Below are positions 1-10,005 of a stretch of DNA of 58,275 nt, piece by piece; position 1 is the stretch's first letter, and every line of letters starts with the position of its first letter. The DNA is from a virus. Taxonomy: Duplodnaviria > Caudoviricetes. A program made the translations under genes and the position numbers. Below the pieces are notes generated by a model. It saw nothing but the letters and a program-made list of their open reading frames with translations. It did not search any database and was not told the origin of the DNA. The stretch lies in IMG/VR virus record IMGVR_UViG_3300042328_000969, positions 1 to 58,275 of that record. One strand, 5' to 3'.

Positions 1-1346
1 CCTATACCTAAATTACTAGCCAAATAATTATCAGCCGTTCCTGCCATGTAGAGATTATATCTGCCTGTGCCAGACGCTATACCACCATAGAAACCGTAGT
101 TGTTGGTTGCGCCTATTAGTGAGTCGTCTGCACGGAATCCAGTTTGATAGGTGACGCTAGTTGTAAAAGTATTTTGAAATGCTGCAAAATGATTTATTGA
201 ATCCAAAGTTCCCGATGAATTGTTTACGTTTGGGTATGAAAAATAGCAGTCCGCCCTAGCTGATACCCCAGTACCAAATGTTCCTGTATAGGTAACTCCT
301 TCTCTATACATACTCCCTACATTTGTTCCAGCAACAGATAGCAATGCGTTAGATGCAGAAGGTAAAATCCCAATCCCCAAACTCCCAGCCAAATAGTTAT
401 CAGCCGTTCCTCCCATGAAGAGATTATATCTGCCTGTGCCAGACGCTATACCACCATAAAAACCATAGTTATTTGTCGCGCCTGTTAGTGAAGCTTCTAC
501 AAAAAATCCATACTGATTAGTTATTGCGCTGCCTGCACCTATTGTCCCTTGTGTAGCTATAAACCCCAAGTAATTAGTTAGCGTAAATGATGCTGCTTGT
601 GTTCTAGCTTCATTTCTAAATCCTGCGGCATTAACTGTTACATCAGAGTTAACTGTCCCTGTGTGAAATACACCCCATTGAGCCGTTGACCCAGTTAGTG
701 TTCTACCCGCTTGAATAGTCGTATCGCTTCCGCATACTACTCCTACACCCAGTCTCCCAGCCAAATAGTTATCAGCCGTTCCCGAAGCATAAATATTATA
801 GCCAGAGTTTGCAGTAAGATTGATTTGCGCCGGAAAGGTTGGGTTTGATGCAAATACACTTGCCCCCGTGCCTGTTTCATCAGTTAATGCGGCAGCGAGG
901 TTTGCAGAGGTAGGTGTTTGAAGGAATGTGGCGACGTTTGTACCAAACTGATTTGATGTGATATTAGTTATCCATGCACTACCCGACCAGACTTTAAATA
1001 CGCCCGTTGCGCTGTTCCAATATAATGCGCCAGTTAGCAATGCGTTTCCGTCATTATCAACCGTCGGATCAGATGTTTTTGCGCCTAAATATCGATCATC
1101 AAATGAATCATAACTAGCCGCTGCCGCTGTTGCACTACTTGCAGCTGCTGTTGCGCTTGCGGCAGCCCCGCTATCGCTTACATATAAATCCCAACTAGCC
1201 GTTACTGTTGGAGCGTCAGTTGTCGTAGTCACTTTACAGATATAAAGTGAGTTATTATAAGACACTACGTCTAAATTTTTATATGTCCCTGCTGACCATG
1301 TGCCGCGAGAGACTAACCCTATTCGCCCTAGATTTGTCGTTGCCAT
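1..1346 (-). CDS. Tail fibre / receptor-binding protein, cassette A (3'-truncated at window start; not in ORF track)
   Basis: ATG at 1346 overlaps the upstream stop (TAATG). Reads MATTNLGRIGLVSRGTW...AAASYDSFDDRYLGAKTSDPTVDNDGNALLTGALYWN..., then three GTADNYLAxxLGxG repeats, and runs off the window start. Confidence 0.85.
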   Translation of the reverse strand, partial: MATTNLGRIGLVSRGTWSAGTYKNLDVVSYNNSLYICKVTTTTDAPTVTASWDLYVSDSGAAASATAAASSATAAAASYDSFDDRYLGAKTSDPTVDNDGNALLTGALYWNSATGVFKVWSGSAWITNITSNQFGTNVATFLQTPTSANLAAALTDETGTGASVFASNPTFPAQINLTANSGYNIYASGTADNYLAGRLGVGVVCGSDTTIQAGRTLTGSTAQWGVFHTGTVNSDVTVNAAGFRNEARTQAASFTLTNYLGFIATQGTIGAGSAITNQYGFFVEASLTGATNNYGFYGGIASGTGRYNLFMGGTADNYLAGSLGIGILPSASNALLSVAGTNVGSMYREGVTYTGTFGTGVSARADCYFSYPNVNNSSGTLDSINHFAAFQNTFTTSVTYQTGFRADDSLIGATNNYGFYGGIASGTGRYNLYMAGTADNYLASNLGI

Positions 1347-2362
1347 TATAAAGTCTCGTAAGTTAAGATTAATTCACCGTTTGATAGCGACGGTGTGGAA
1401 GTTGATAGATGCGTCACAGTAAGTTCTCCACCCGAAATAGTAAATGCTCCAAAGTTTATTCCCAACATTGACCCCGCATTCGCAAGCAATGTTGCAGTTG
1501 AAGCTGCGCTGTTTGCAGAATTAGTTGCACTGTTTGAGGATTCGACGGCTTTAGTAGTTGCGATTGTCGCTTGATTTGTCGCAGTTGTAGCAGAGGTCGC
1601 AACCGAAGATACGCTGTTTAACGCAATAGTAGCGGACGATGCGGAAGCAGCCGCTTGTGTTGACGATATTCCAGCCTGTGTTGTTGCTGTATTTGCGCTT
1701 GATAAAGCATTATTTGCCTGTGTTGTTGCTAATTCTGCTTGTGTTGTTGCAATACCGGCTTGTGTTGTTGCAATACCGGCTTGAGTCGTTGCTGTTGATG
1801 CACTAGTCGATGCGTTTGATGCCGACGTACTTGCTGTTGATGCGCTACTTGCGGCATTACTAGCTGAGGTAGATGCGTTACTTGCTTGAGTAGATGCCGT
1901 CGATGCACTTGCCGCTGCGGCTGTTGCCGATACCCCTGCATCGTGAGCGTAAATAGCTGAGTTTGGCGTTAAATGGAAAAACCCTGTTGACGTACTATAG
2001 CGAACATCGATAACCGCTCCAGCGCTAATATCCCCTGCTTGAATCGGTTCACTATCAGTAAGTCTAATGGACTTTGCGCCAAGACTATTTAAATTGATAG
2101 TGGCACTGCCCGTATTACTATTAATAGGTCTGAATACGACTTGTAGACCATCGGTGTAACTTGTTATGGAACTGTCTAGTGCTACCACATAGGTATTCGC
2201 TGTACCGGTGTCTACAGCGAAATTGACTGTACCACGTTGAAGTTTGGTTTCACTTGGAAGTAATCCAAATGCAATTGCGGTAGCCGCCTTAACAGCGTTA
2301 ACGTCTGAGGATTTTGCTAGCGTAATCTGAGCAATATCAGCCGGTGGGTTAAAGGTACTCAT
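1346..2362 (-). CDS. Tail fibre N-terminal/shaft protein (Ala/Ser/Thr-rich), cassette A version
   Basis: 338-aa ORF with a GTANTY...NTGSATINLN domain typical of tail-fibre anchors, then an AST-rich repeat shaft; AAGGA RBS. Confidence 0.8.
   Translation of the reverse strand: MSTFNPPADIAQITLAKSSDVNAVKAATAIAFGLLPSETKLQRGTVNFAVDTGTANTYVVALDSSITSYTDGLQVVFRPINSNTGSATINLNSLGAKSIRLTDSEPIQAGDISAGAVIDVRYSTSTGFFHLTPNSAIYAHDAGVSATAAAASASTASTQASNASTSASNAASSASTASTSASNASTSASTATTQAGIATTQAGIATTQAELATTQANNALSSANTATTQAGISSTQAAASASSATIALNSVSSVATSATTATNQATIATTKAVESSNSATNSANSAASTATLLANAGSMLGINFGAFTISGGELTVTHLSTSTPSLSNGELILTYETL
1902..2028. repeat. 127-nt exact direct repeat of the contig end (58149-58275)
   Basis: Base-by-base identity; the length equals a common de Bruijn k-mer size. 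Confidence 0.95.
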
Positions 2363-2368
2363 CTTATG

Positions 2369-2391
2369 TCCTTACGTCATCTCGACGTTAT
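2369..2391 (-). promoter_or_regulatory. Late-gene leader hairpin ACGTC-GAGAT-GACGT fused to RBS (identical 23-mer at 11675-11697)
   Basis: TCCTTACGTCATCTCGACGTTAT occurs identically upstream of the tail fibre and capsid genes. Confidence 0.7.
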
Positions 2392-2402
2392 GTGTAGCGT
2401 AA

Positions 2403-3287
2403 TTATGCGTTATGGCGCATACAAATTATTAAACTAACCCGTGGTAAATCCGAATCATTTAACACCCAATGGTCAACGAGATTATTAAAACTAAATATGT
2501 TGCCCACAGGAGTAATAACAGATTGTCCTTCGTAGTTAAAAGATTGCTTATCATCGGATTCTAAAGGGATTAAATATTTATCTTTATAGTATTCTGCATG
2601 CCAGCTACCTTTATCGCTATGGCGATAAACTTGTTTGCCGGCAGGAATACGAGTAATTAAAATACCACCAAATTCTGTTTTATGAATATCATGTTTTTCA
2701 CAAATTGCACGGCTAATCTTAGCAATTTCATCTTTAAATTTCTGATCGTTAATATAGAAAACGCTATCGTGTTCATCATGAAATGCTAAAGGGTTCGATG
2801 GATTATAATTTTTAATATCATTATAGCGAACCCAGATATCGTCAACTTCTCTGTGGGGCGATTTAGACGATTCAGTACGTTGTTTAAATTTATTCCATAA
2901 ATAATCATTATCAGAAATAAATTTATTGATAGCCGATACATCAACATGAATACCGGTATTGACCATATTGGATTTGCCGATAAGCACGTCATCTATATTT
3001 TCTGCATCACAAGTATCTGTAGCATGGATACATAGCCAAACCACTCTACCGTTAACCGCTTGAACGCTATGCTCAATACCGGCTTTAATTTCAATCACAG
3101 CAGGAGCAAAATAGGTTTCTTGAGTATCACCTTGCCAGATAATAGCGCATCCTTCAACAAGAACGCTCATGTGGTCAAACGTATGAGCGTGTTGTTGAAC
3201 TTCAAAGCCATCGTCAATAATTACTTCTTTGGCATAGACTCCGCCAATAAAGTGATGTGCTTGTACGTTAAGTCCGGTGATACTCAT
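2403..3287 (-). CDS. Cupin + 2OG-Fe(II) Asp/Asn beta-hydroxylase-like fusion
   Basis: N-terminal QHAHTFDH...GIEH cupin motif; C-terminal HSD...FNNLVDHWVLN...RVSLII jelly-roll oxygenase motif. Confidence 0.75.
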   Translation of the reverse strand: MSITGLNVQAHHFIGGVYAKEVIIDDGFEVQQHAHTFDHMSVLVEGCAIIWQGDTQETYFAPAVIEIKAGIEHSVQAVNGRVVWLCIHATDTCDAENIDDVLIGKSNMVNTGIHVDVSAINKFISDNDYLWNKFKQRTESSKSPHREVDDIWVRYNDIKNYNPSNPLAFHDEHDSVFYINDQKFKDEIAKISRAICEKHDIHKTEFGGILITRIPAGKQVYRHSDKGSWHAEYYKDKYLIPLESDDKQSFNYEGQSVITPVGNIFSFNNLVDHWVLNDSDLPRVSLIICMRHNA

Positions 3288-3846
3288 AGTTTCCTTGTGA
3301 TGAAATTACTGTTCCGATAAACCCACAAATTGGCTTACCTACATTCATCACTATTTTACCAACTAATCGTTTAAATGTACTGCGATTTTTTACAATGCCA
3401 AATTGCTCTGCCATTTCATATGCCCATGCTTGAACAATATAGGCAAATAACGGGATATAAATCGCATTATTACGCAAGAATTCAGTTAGCGGTTTTGCCC
3501 ACGCATGATAGCCGATGAGGATTTCTGGATGAGTAGTTGCGATCAAATGCCCAAATAAAGTATCAGCGTCAAATACATCATCTTCAAGATAGCCGTATTC
3601 GCGCATTAAAGTACACATTACGCTCATGCCACCGCTTTCGGGTTGTTGAGGTTGAGGTGTTTTGAAATATGAAAAATCTTTTTCAGAATAAATAGGCATT
3701 TCACGCTGAGGAATATTAAGCATTCCTTGTCCAATTGGAGGTCTAGTTTCCAATTGCTTTTGATATTGACCAAGTGAACTTGTTTGTTGCCGACTTGCGG
3801 CTTGAGCCTGTAATTGACGTAATTGCTCATCTGCTGATAATGCCAT
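3268..3846 (-). CDS. Hypothetical virion-associated protein (GGxSVxCT...YHAWAxP domain)
   Basis: 192-aa ORF in the structural operon; this C-terminal motif is recurrent in phage internal virion proteins. Confidence 0.6.
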   Translation of the reverse strand: MALSADEQLRQLQAQAASRQQTSSLGQYQKQLETRPPIGQGMLNIPQREMPIYSEKDFSYFKTPQPQQPESGGMSVMCTLMREYGYLEDDVFDADTLFGHLIATTHPEILIGYHAWAKPLTEFLRNNAIYIPLFAYIVQAWAYEMAEQFGIVKNRSTFKRLVGKIVMNVGKPICGFIGTVISSQGNYEYHRT

Positions 3847-3855
3847 GATAAATAC

Positions 3856-5613
3856 CTATTTTGTTGGTGAAACTAAATTAGTAGCTGTTTTACCAGCACT
3901 TGTTTTAATAATAGCTGATGTTGCTGCGTAACGATTATAAACATCTTTAACATCTGATAAATATTTCATACTTGCTACATTAGCTAAAGATGCTTTTGTT
4001 GTAGCATTCATATCGGGTGTCAAATTATATTTTTGAATAGTATCATTATATTGAGCTGTTAATGTATCGACTGCCAAATTAGCTTGCTTTGTAGCGTCTA
4101 AATCACCAATTAATAAATCCCTAGTATGTTGAACTTGAGCAGCAATCTGGTCATTAACCATTTTCATACTATTATTAAATACGGCTAATTGCTTTTCATT
4201 TTCAAGCGTTTGCGTAGATTCTAATTGCTTAATAACTGCATCGGCTGCTTTTTGAGCAATAGTTATATTTCCACTAGTAATAAGTTGATAAAGTTGATCC
4301 GCATTTTTACGAGCATCACTTGCGCCATTAACTTTATCGTTAAGCATTGCGGTAGTAAACAAATTGGTCGCAGTATTGATAGCTTGAGTATTACTAGTAT
4401 CCACAGCAATTTTATTAGCGGCATTCCAATTCTGAACTTGAATATCGTTCTGAGCCTGTCTATCCATACTGGTAGCTTTAAGATTAAGACCAGTATTGAG
4501 CAATTGATTTTGAGCCTGTGCATTGGCTTCATTGGCTTTTTGTCTAGCTAATGCGTCTTGTTGTGCAATCGGCAATGCGGCTTTAATCGCTGCGTCTTGA
4601 GCAAATCCCGCAGCAGCGCCTGTATTAAGCATACCTCTACGCGATGCTTGCAGATTAGCCGCATTAACAGCTTGCTGGATATAAGGATTGTTCTTGGCAA
4701 GTAATCCCGATAACTGGTTAGATACCATTGAATCCGGTGTTACATTAACCTCAGCGGCTTTAGCAGCGTCTACCATCTTGGTAACATCAGCCGCTGAATT
4801 TGGATTGACAATAGTAGTTGGCGCACCTACTTTAGCAACATTGAGCATTCCCTTATCAATCATATCTTGATTGATACCTGCTCCTATAGTGCTATTTATA
4901 GGATTACCATTAACATCAAATCCACCGCCTAATTTTTTAGTATCAAGTGGCGCAGTGGCATTTTTTAATTTTAAAGCATTTGCAGTTTCTAGTGCTTGCT
5001 GATTTGCTAAATCTGTTGCTGTTGCTTCCTTAGTAGCCGTAGCATTTGCAGCAATTGCATCGGCATCAGCTTTTGCTTTAGCATCCGCTGCTATCTTAGC
5101 TTCTTCTTGAGTTTTAGCATCCGCCACTGCTTTATCCGCAATAGTTTGCGCTTGTGTTTTTTGAGCAGCCCATCTAGGGTTGTCTTGTGGATTAGATAAT
5201 AATTTATTAAGTTCAGTATCGTAAGTAGAGCCTTTTGCTGTACTTGTCCATTGAACAGGTTTATTTGTTATCGGATCAATATAATCATTAGCTAAAACAT
5301 CTTTTGCCCATGCTAATTTAGTATCATTTAATTTCTGATAAGCAGGATTATAAACTGCCTTATTACCAGTTTGAGTTAAATCTAAAAGTGTTTGTTGATC
5401 TAATAAAGGGTTTCCATACGCATCGGTCATTTTTCCATAACCGCTTAATGTATTGTATAACCCATAATCATTTGGATTATTAGTTTTTGCTTTATTAAGT
5501 AAATCTTCATACCCTGTTACATAAGCAGGATCAAAAGTTTGCGTTGCCGTAGTTGGTTTTTGTACAGGTGTTCCAGACCGCAACCCCGCTGCTATTTCTT
5601 CTATAGTTGCCAT
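3856..5613 (-). CDS. Putative internal virion / DNA ejection protein
   Basis: 585 aa, Ala/Gln/Asn-rich and helical, with an ASRRGMLNTGAAAG motif; lies downstream of the tail tubular genes. Confidence 0.6.
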   Translation of the reverse strand: MATIEEIAAGLRSGTPVQKPTTATQTFDPAYVTGYEDLLNKAKTNNPNDYGLYNTLSGYGKMTDAYGNPLLDQQTLLDLTQTGNKAVYNPAYQKLNDTKLAWAKDVLANDYIDPITNKPVQWTSTAKGSTYDTELNKLLSNPQDNPRWAAQKTQAQTIADKAVADAKTQEEAKIAADAKAKADADAIAANATATKEATATDLANQQALETANALKLKNATAPLDTKKLGGGFDVNGNPINSTIGAGINQDMIDKGMLNVAKVGAPTTIVNPNSAADVTKMVDAAKAAEVNVTPDSMVSNQLSGLLAKNNPYIQQAVNAANLQASRRGMLNTGAAAGFAQDAAIKAALPIAQQDALARQKANEANAQAQNQLLNTGLNLKATSMDRQAQNDIQVQNWNAANKIAVDTSNTQAINTATNLFTTAMLNDKVNGASDARKNADQLYQLITSGNITIAQKAADAVIKQLESTQTLENEKQLAVFNNSMKMVNDQIAAQVQHTRDLLIGDLDATKQANLAVDTLTAQYNDTIQKYNLTPDMNATTKASLANVASMKYLSDVKDVYNRYAATSAIIKTSAGKTATNLVSPTK

Positions 5614-5617
5614 TTAA

Positions 5618-6418
5618 TTATCTCCGTCCTGTAACATATTGTGACCACCATTGGTCAGCAGCGGCATTTCGATTATCATTATAATTACCTAAGTTAACAC
5701 CAGTTTGCTGGTTAGTGGGTATTTGGAAATTCTTAAAGGCATCCATAAACCCTTGTGTTGCCTGTGTACCAAACGCTTGGTTCTTGGTATCCACACCACT
5801 TAAAATATCTGATTTTAAAGTATCAGCACTAGTTTGCCAATTCTTTAAAAAATCTTCATTTTGCTTTGTTAACGCTGTTTGATTAGAGGCTAAGGCATCT
5901 GTATAGGCTTTTGTTGATGCAGATTGATTAGCATTCAATGCTGCTGTCAACTGATCTGAAGTTAATCCCGATACAGGAGGAGGTGTAACTACAGGAGGAG
6001 GTGTACCCACAGGAGGTGATGTGATATTTAAAATACCGCTTGTATTTATTTTATCACCTGTTGTATTACCCGTAATAGTAGTAGCTGATCCCGTAACAGG
6101 AGAACCTGTATTAGGTGTTGTATTACCAGAAGTAGTAGTAGCAGCTTGTTTAGTAGCTTCATTTGCAGCATTTTGAACAACTGTTAAATCTGGAAAAGTA
6201 GAGGCGATTGAAGTAGGAGCTGCTGCGGCTACTTTGGGAATTATTGAAATTGGTAAATCACCAAATGCAGTTGATAAACTGGTAATAGACATTGGATTAA
6301 CAGGTGTATTACCAAGCATCACTTGGGTAATTCCTTGTTGACCGGCTTGTTGTGCCCCCGCTATTAAATTCTGGGCATTTTGAAAATTGTCATTTGCATC
6401 TAAAACTAAAACTGCCAT
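5618..6418 (-). CDS. Hypothetical virion protein (Thr/Pro-rich)
   Basis: 266-aa ORF tightly packed in the structural operon. Confidence 0.6.
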   Translation of the reverse strand: MAVLVLDANDNFQNAQNLIAGAQQAGQQGITQVMLGNTPVNPMSITSLSTAFGDLPISIIPKVAAAAPTSIASTFPDLTVVQNAANEATKQAATTTSGNTTPNTGSPVTGSATTITGNTTGDKINTSGILNITSPPVGTPPPVVTPPPVSGLTSDQLTAALNANQSASTKAYTDALASNQTALTKQNEDFLKNWQTSADTLKSDILSGVDTKNQAFGTQATQGFMDAFKNFQIPTNQQTGVNLGNYNDNRNAAADQWWSQYVTGRR

Positions 6419-6432
6419 TTTCTTTCTTCCTA

Positions 6433-8775
6433 TTATCTATTTAGTTTTCTAGGCGTGTAATGAAGTACAACGCCCGATAAGTTATGTCCTAAATCAATAG
6501 CCGAATTAGAAAAAACGACTAAGCCAATATTTGTCCCACTTCCCTGTAATCTGAGTTCTGGTTGAGAAACGATTTTCCCATCATAATAAAATGTATTCCA
6601 TGTCGCTTCATCCCAATAACCCCCAGCGCCTTGCACTTCTTGGTAATTCATAACGTGCGTTGCGATAGTGGGGTCAGCATAAGAAAAGTCGGGATTGAAT
6701 CTAATTTCAGAATACCCTACTGCGGATAATTCAACTTCCAGTTTTCTAAATCGCTTGATTGCTGAGGGTGATTTTACATTATTAAATGCTGTTCTGATAT
6801 AGGCTTGAATAGGTTCACCATCAAAAGATGATCCGGTATTAGCAACATAAACATAACCATCTTCATCGCCAAGTAAAACGATATCTCGCCCACTTGCATC
6901 CTCACCACTCCATGCGTAACTAATATTGATGGGATAGGTGAATTGAGAAAAGTCATGACCAGTGGTCGCAGCGCCTGTTTGCGTTACGCCCGAAGTCATT
7001 GTCATAATAATACCCGTACCGTCATTTGCATAAAACCTAACTTGGTTTTTGCTTTTATAAACGGCAGTAGCGACAATCTTTTCTCGGAAACTATCAATAA
7101 CGGGTTGAATGGCTCGGCTAATGGTATCGTGTTCAAAGCCACCGAATACATAAGAAGGAACAATGCGGATAATCCCTTTATCATCAAATGAATAAAGTGC
7201 GCCAAGATTCATTAATCCATAATGAATAGCACCAATATCTGGAGAGATTAGTTCCGCTTTGTAATTGCCTGTTTGAGCATCAACGGATACTTGCCAAAAA
7301 CTATCTCGACACGCAACAGCAAGGATTCCACCAACAATCGGACTCATACCGGTAACTGTATCACCAAATTCATGTATGTCTGCAAACCCTAGACTAGTCG
7401 TTCTAAAGTCATGGGGATTACCTACTGCTGAAAATACAACTGCTCCAAAATAGGATAAGGCAAGTTGACCATTGACCGCTGCAATAGTGGTAGGAGCGTC
7501 AATAGTTATTTGAGTTCTAATCGGAATATACACGTCACCGTCAAACTCAAAAGCACGATTGAGAGCATCACATCCATATAACTTTTTAGAATCGGAATTA
7601 GCTAAAAAGTTATGTTGAACAAACTGATAATTACCACCTTGCAGAATACTAATTTGAGTAACAGGATTTCCACTGGGATTATCAACAACAGCGATATCAA
7701 TAATACCCACTCGTATCGTATCCGCTACATTACTTGTCCATGTGCCGGTGACACTTGTGACAATAAAGCGACCAGTGTCACTGCGAATATTAATTGGATC
7801 AGAATGAAGCGCCCATTGGCTATATGTGCCAGAGCCTGTTTTACCAGTAATATTAATAACAATTTGATTAGTGCTATAAGAAGTGATTGTACCGTTCAAG
7901 TAGTTAGTTGGCGAAGCAATTGCAGTAATTAAAATTGCTTGACCTGCAACGTAGGCTTTACCAGTTTGCGTAGTGAAGGTATGCGAACCCAATCCCATTG
8001 TATTTGTAGAATCACTAGTCGCATCTAAATCGTCTAAATTTTGAGATGTTTCAATTACTTGGCGTTTAACTGTGGCTGTTGCACCAGAGTTCTTTTGGTT
8101 AATAACCACACCATCAAGCACATCTACCGTACAGGTTTTAAAAGGTAGCGATTTAAATAAAGTAATTTGTTGCCATCCGGTAGAAGTAGACTTCCAAATA
8201 TCGACTGCCGTTCCTGCCGCGTTATCACGAAACGCATAAGCAATGCCTTTGTACATACAGACACCGCGAAGCACCCCACTACCAGTTACAGCAGTGATAT
8301 CAGCACGATAATCATCAGCTACTAATCCAAGAGCAGTGGCATGACCAATACCTGTAGGATGTCCGTCTTTGGAAGGCAGGATAGTTAAAGCGCCTTTTAC
8401 CGTTCCGCCTACCGTAAAGTTCTCAAGAACAAATGTTCCCGTCACTCTATCGATAATGAGATAAGTGGATTCAACCTGTAATACTTTGCCTGTAGCCGCG
8501 CTTGTAGCGCCTGTAATTGTTTGACCTACTGTGACTGCCGCTGAGAACGTGCAAGGGCAGTAGTAGTAACTCTGAGCGCTAGGAGAAGGTCTGCCGTCAA
8601 AACGCTCATACCCATCAATGCGACGATAACCACCCAGTGCATTGCACTCATAGTTATTAATTGAAATACATTTACCCGCATCAATAGTGAGAGGTGGCGA
8701 TACCAAATCAAGACCACCGGCAAAACGTGAGTATTGCGTTTGGGTTTTAACATTAGGTAGCGCGTTCATTCTCAT
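6433..8775 (-). CDS. Tail tubular protein B / nozzle-like (stabilisation) protein
   Basis: About 780 aa, beta-rich, with an FAGGLDL N-terminus and a KRFRKLEVE C-terminal motif; follows the adaptor gene. Start placed at the ATGA overlap (8775). Confidence 0.7.
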   Translation of the reverse strand: MRMNALPNVKTQTQYSRFAGGLDLVSPPLTIDAGKCISINNYECNALGGYRRIDGYERFDGRPSPSAQSYYYCPCTFSAAVTVGQTITGATSAATGKVLQVESTYLIIDRVTGTFVLENFTVGGTVKGALTILPSKDGHPTGIGHATALGLVADDYRADITAVTGSGVLRGVCMYKGIAYAFRDNAAGTAVDIWKSTSTGWQQITLFKSLPFKTCTVDVLDGVVINQKNSGATATVKRQVIETSQNLDDLDATSDSTNTMGLGSHTFTTQTGKAYVAGQAILITAIASPTNYLNGTITSYSTNQIVINITGKTGSGTYSQWALHSDPINIRSDTGRFIVTSVTGTWTSNVADTIRVGIIDIAVVDNPSGNPVTQISILQGGNYQFVQHNFLANSDSKKLYGCDALNRAFEFDGDVYIPIRTQITIDAPTTIAAVNGQLALSYFGAVVFSAVGNPHDFRTTSLGFADIHEFGDTVTGMSPIVGGILAVACRDSFWQVSVDAQTGNYKAELISPDIGAIHYGLMNLGALYSFDDKGIIRIVPSYVFGGFEHDTISRAIQPVIDSFREKIVATAVYKSKNQVRFYANDGTGIIMTMTSGVTQTGAATTGHDFSQFTYPINISYAWSGEDASGRDIVLLGDEDGYVYVANTGSSFDGEPIQAYIRTAFNNVKSPSAIKRFRKLEVELSAVGYSEIRFNPDFSYADPTIATHVMNYQEVQGAGGYWDEATWNTFYYDGKIVSQPELRLQGSGTNIGLVVFSNSAIDLGHNLSGVVLHYTPRKLNR

Positions 8776-9452
8776 GCGAGTTCTTCCGAAGCAGTGGGTA
8801 CAGGGCAATTAAACTGTTCAAGTTTAAAGAGTAATTTACGATATTCAATGTTACCGATGGCGTAAAGCTCTTGGGCATTGAGTTGTGTTGCAAAATACAT
8901 CAATGCTCGCCAAACAATAATCATGTGAAAGCGCGATTGGAAAATTGGTGTATCGGTATCGTTTACTAAGGTGAAAGGGTTTTTATAATACTCACCTTCT
9001 ACCGTGTAAACATTGTCTGGTATAGGATAAAACGTAAGTGAATTATCCGCAGGTTTTATAGTAAAGTGTGTTGGGAATCCGGTTTGAATACGCGCATTCC
9101 CAAACATAAATAAATCTCTAAACTCATCCCATTCAACAGGAATGAGATATTGTTCACTGACAATACCATTCGCTGTTAAATAGATGCGCATAGTTTCGGG
9201 CGACCATTCGCTTAAATCTAGCAAACTGATACCCGTTTCAGAATAATTATTTACACCGATAATGGTATTAAATGACATATCTCCTCGTAGGAAATCCCAA
9301 TTGGCGTGTTGTAGTTGAATATCTGCGTATGCAGTATTGATGTAATCAACAGCTTGTTTGTACTCACCCTGTTGATTTGCCGTTGTGATTAATCCTGCAC
9401 CAGAAATATCTGCTTCAGATAAAAGGCGATTAGCGAGTTCAAGAAATGTCAT
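8772..9452 (-). CDS. Head-tail adaptor / tail tubular protein A
   Basis: MTFLELANRLL...WDFL...FYPIPD...Y motif pattern typical of podoviral adaptors. Confidence 0.75.
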   Translation of the reverse strand: MTFLELANRLLSEADISGAGLITTANQQGEYKQAVDYINTAYADIQLQHANWDFLRGDMSFNTIIGVNNYSETGISLLDLSEWSPETMRIYLTANGIVSEQYLIPVEWDEFRDLFMFGNARIQTGFPTHFTIKPADNSLTFYPIPDNVYTVEGEYYKNPFTLVNDTDTPIFQSRFHMIIVWRALMYFATQLNAQELYAIGNIEYRKLLFKLEQFNCPVPTASEELA

Positions 9453-9478
9453 GGTTTAATTCCAGTACGGTTAATAAA

Positions 9479-9943
9479 TTATTGTGACAATACAGTCGTC
9501 AACCATTGGTATCCACGGGGATTAGGGTCTTTAATCACACTGAATGGATATTTTTGTGATGTGTTGCGAGAAATCAAATTCACAGGATTTTCATCATTAG
9601 TATTAGGCGCAATAGTAATGAAAGTATCTGATTTTGCTCTTGCTAAAACTTCGATATATTTACGAGCAACCTTAATAGGTTTACCCACTTCAAGCCATTC
9701 AACTCGACCATTAACAGCTACATCTACAAATTTAGGTGCGTATCTATCTGCTGAAGGTTCTAAACGAATAGTGATTTTTTCTTCCATGAATGCAAGTTCA
9801 TCAATATAAGCCATATCCATTGGATTAGTTTCAATAATGATTTCTTCATTGTCACGAATATCAACAAGAGTATCTCCTAAATTAATAGTAGGTTTTGCTC
9901 TACCGCGCACTTCTTCTGTATGTAATTCTTTTTGAATCGCCAT
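9479..9943 (-). CDS. Conserved hypothetical phage protein (head module)
   Basis: 154-aa ORF with GGAG RBS; VAVNG...VARKYIEVLARAK...YPFSV. Confidence 0.65.
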   Translation of the reverse strand: MAIQKELHTEEVRGRAKPTINLGDTLVDIRDNEEIIIETNPMDMAYIDELAFMEEKITIRLEPSADRYAPKFVDVAVNGRVEWLEVGKPIKVARKYIEVLARAKSDTFITIAPNTNDENPVNLISRNTSQKYPFSVIKDPNPRGYQWLTTVLSQ

Positions 9944-9963
9944 GTTATAAACTCCAATATATT

Positions 9964-9997
9964 AAAAAATGGCAGTGCGCCTAAAAGACACACTGCC
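9964..9997 (-). terminator. Intrinsic terminator after capsid/decoration genes
   Basis: GGCAGTG/CACTGCC stem followed by a T-run on the minus strand. Confidence 0.65.
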
Positions 9998-10005
9998 GAT
10001 AACAC

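Noticed and set aside
1-2362. Diversity-generating retroelement or invertible shufflon for tail fibres
   Set aside because: No reverse transcriptase or invertase; repeats are direct and differences are not adenine-specific.
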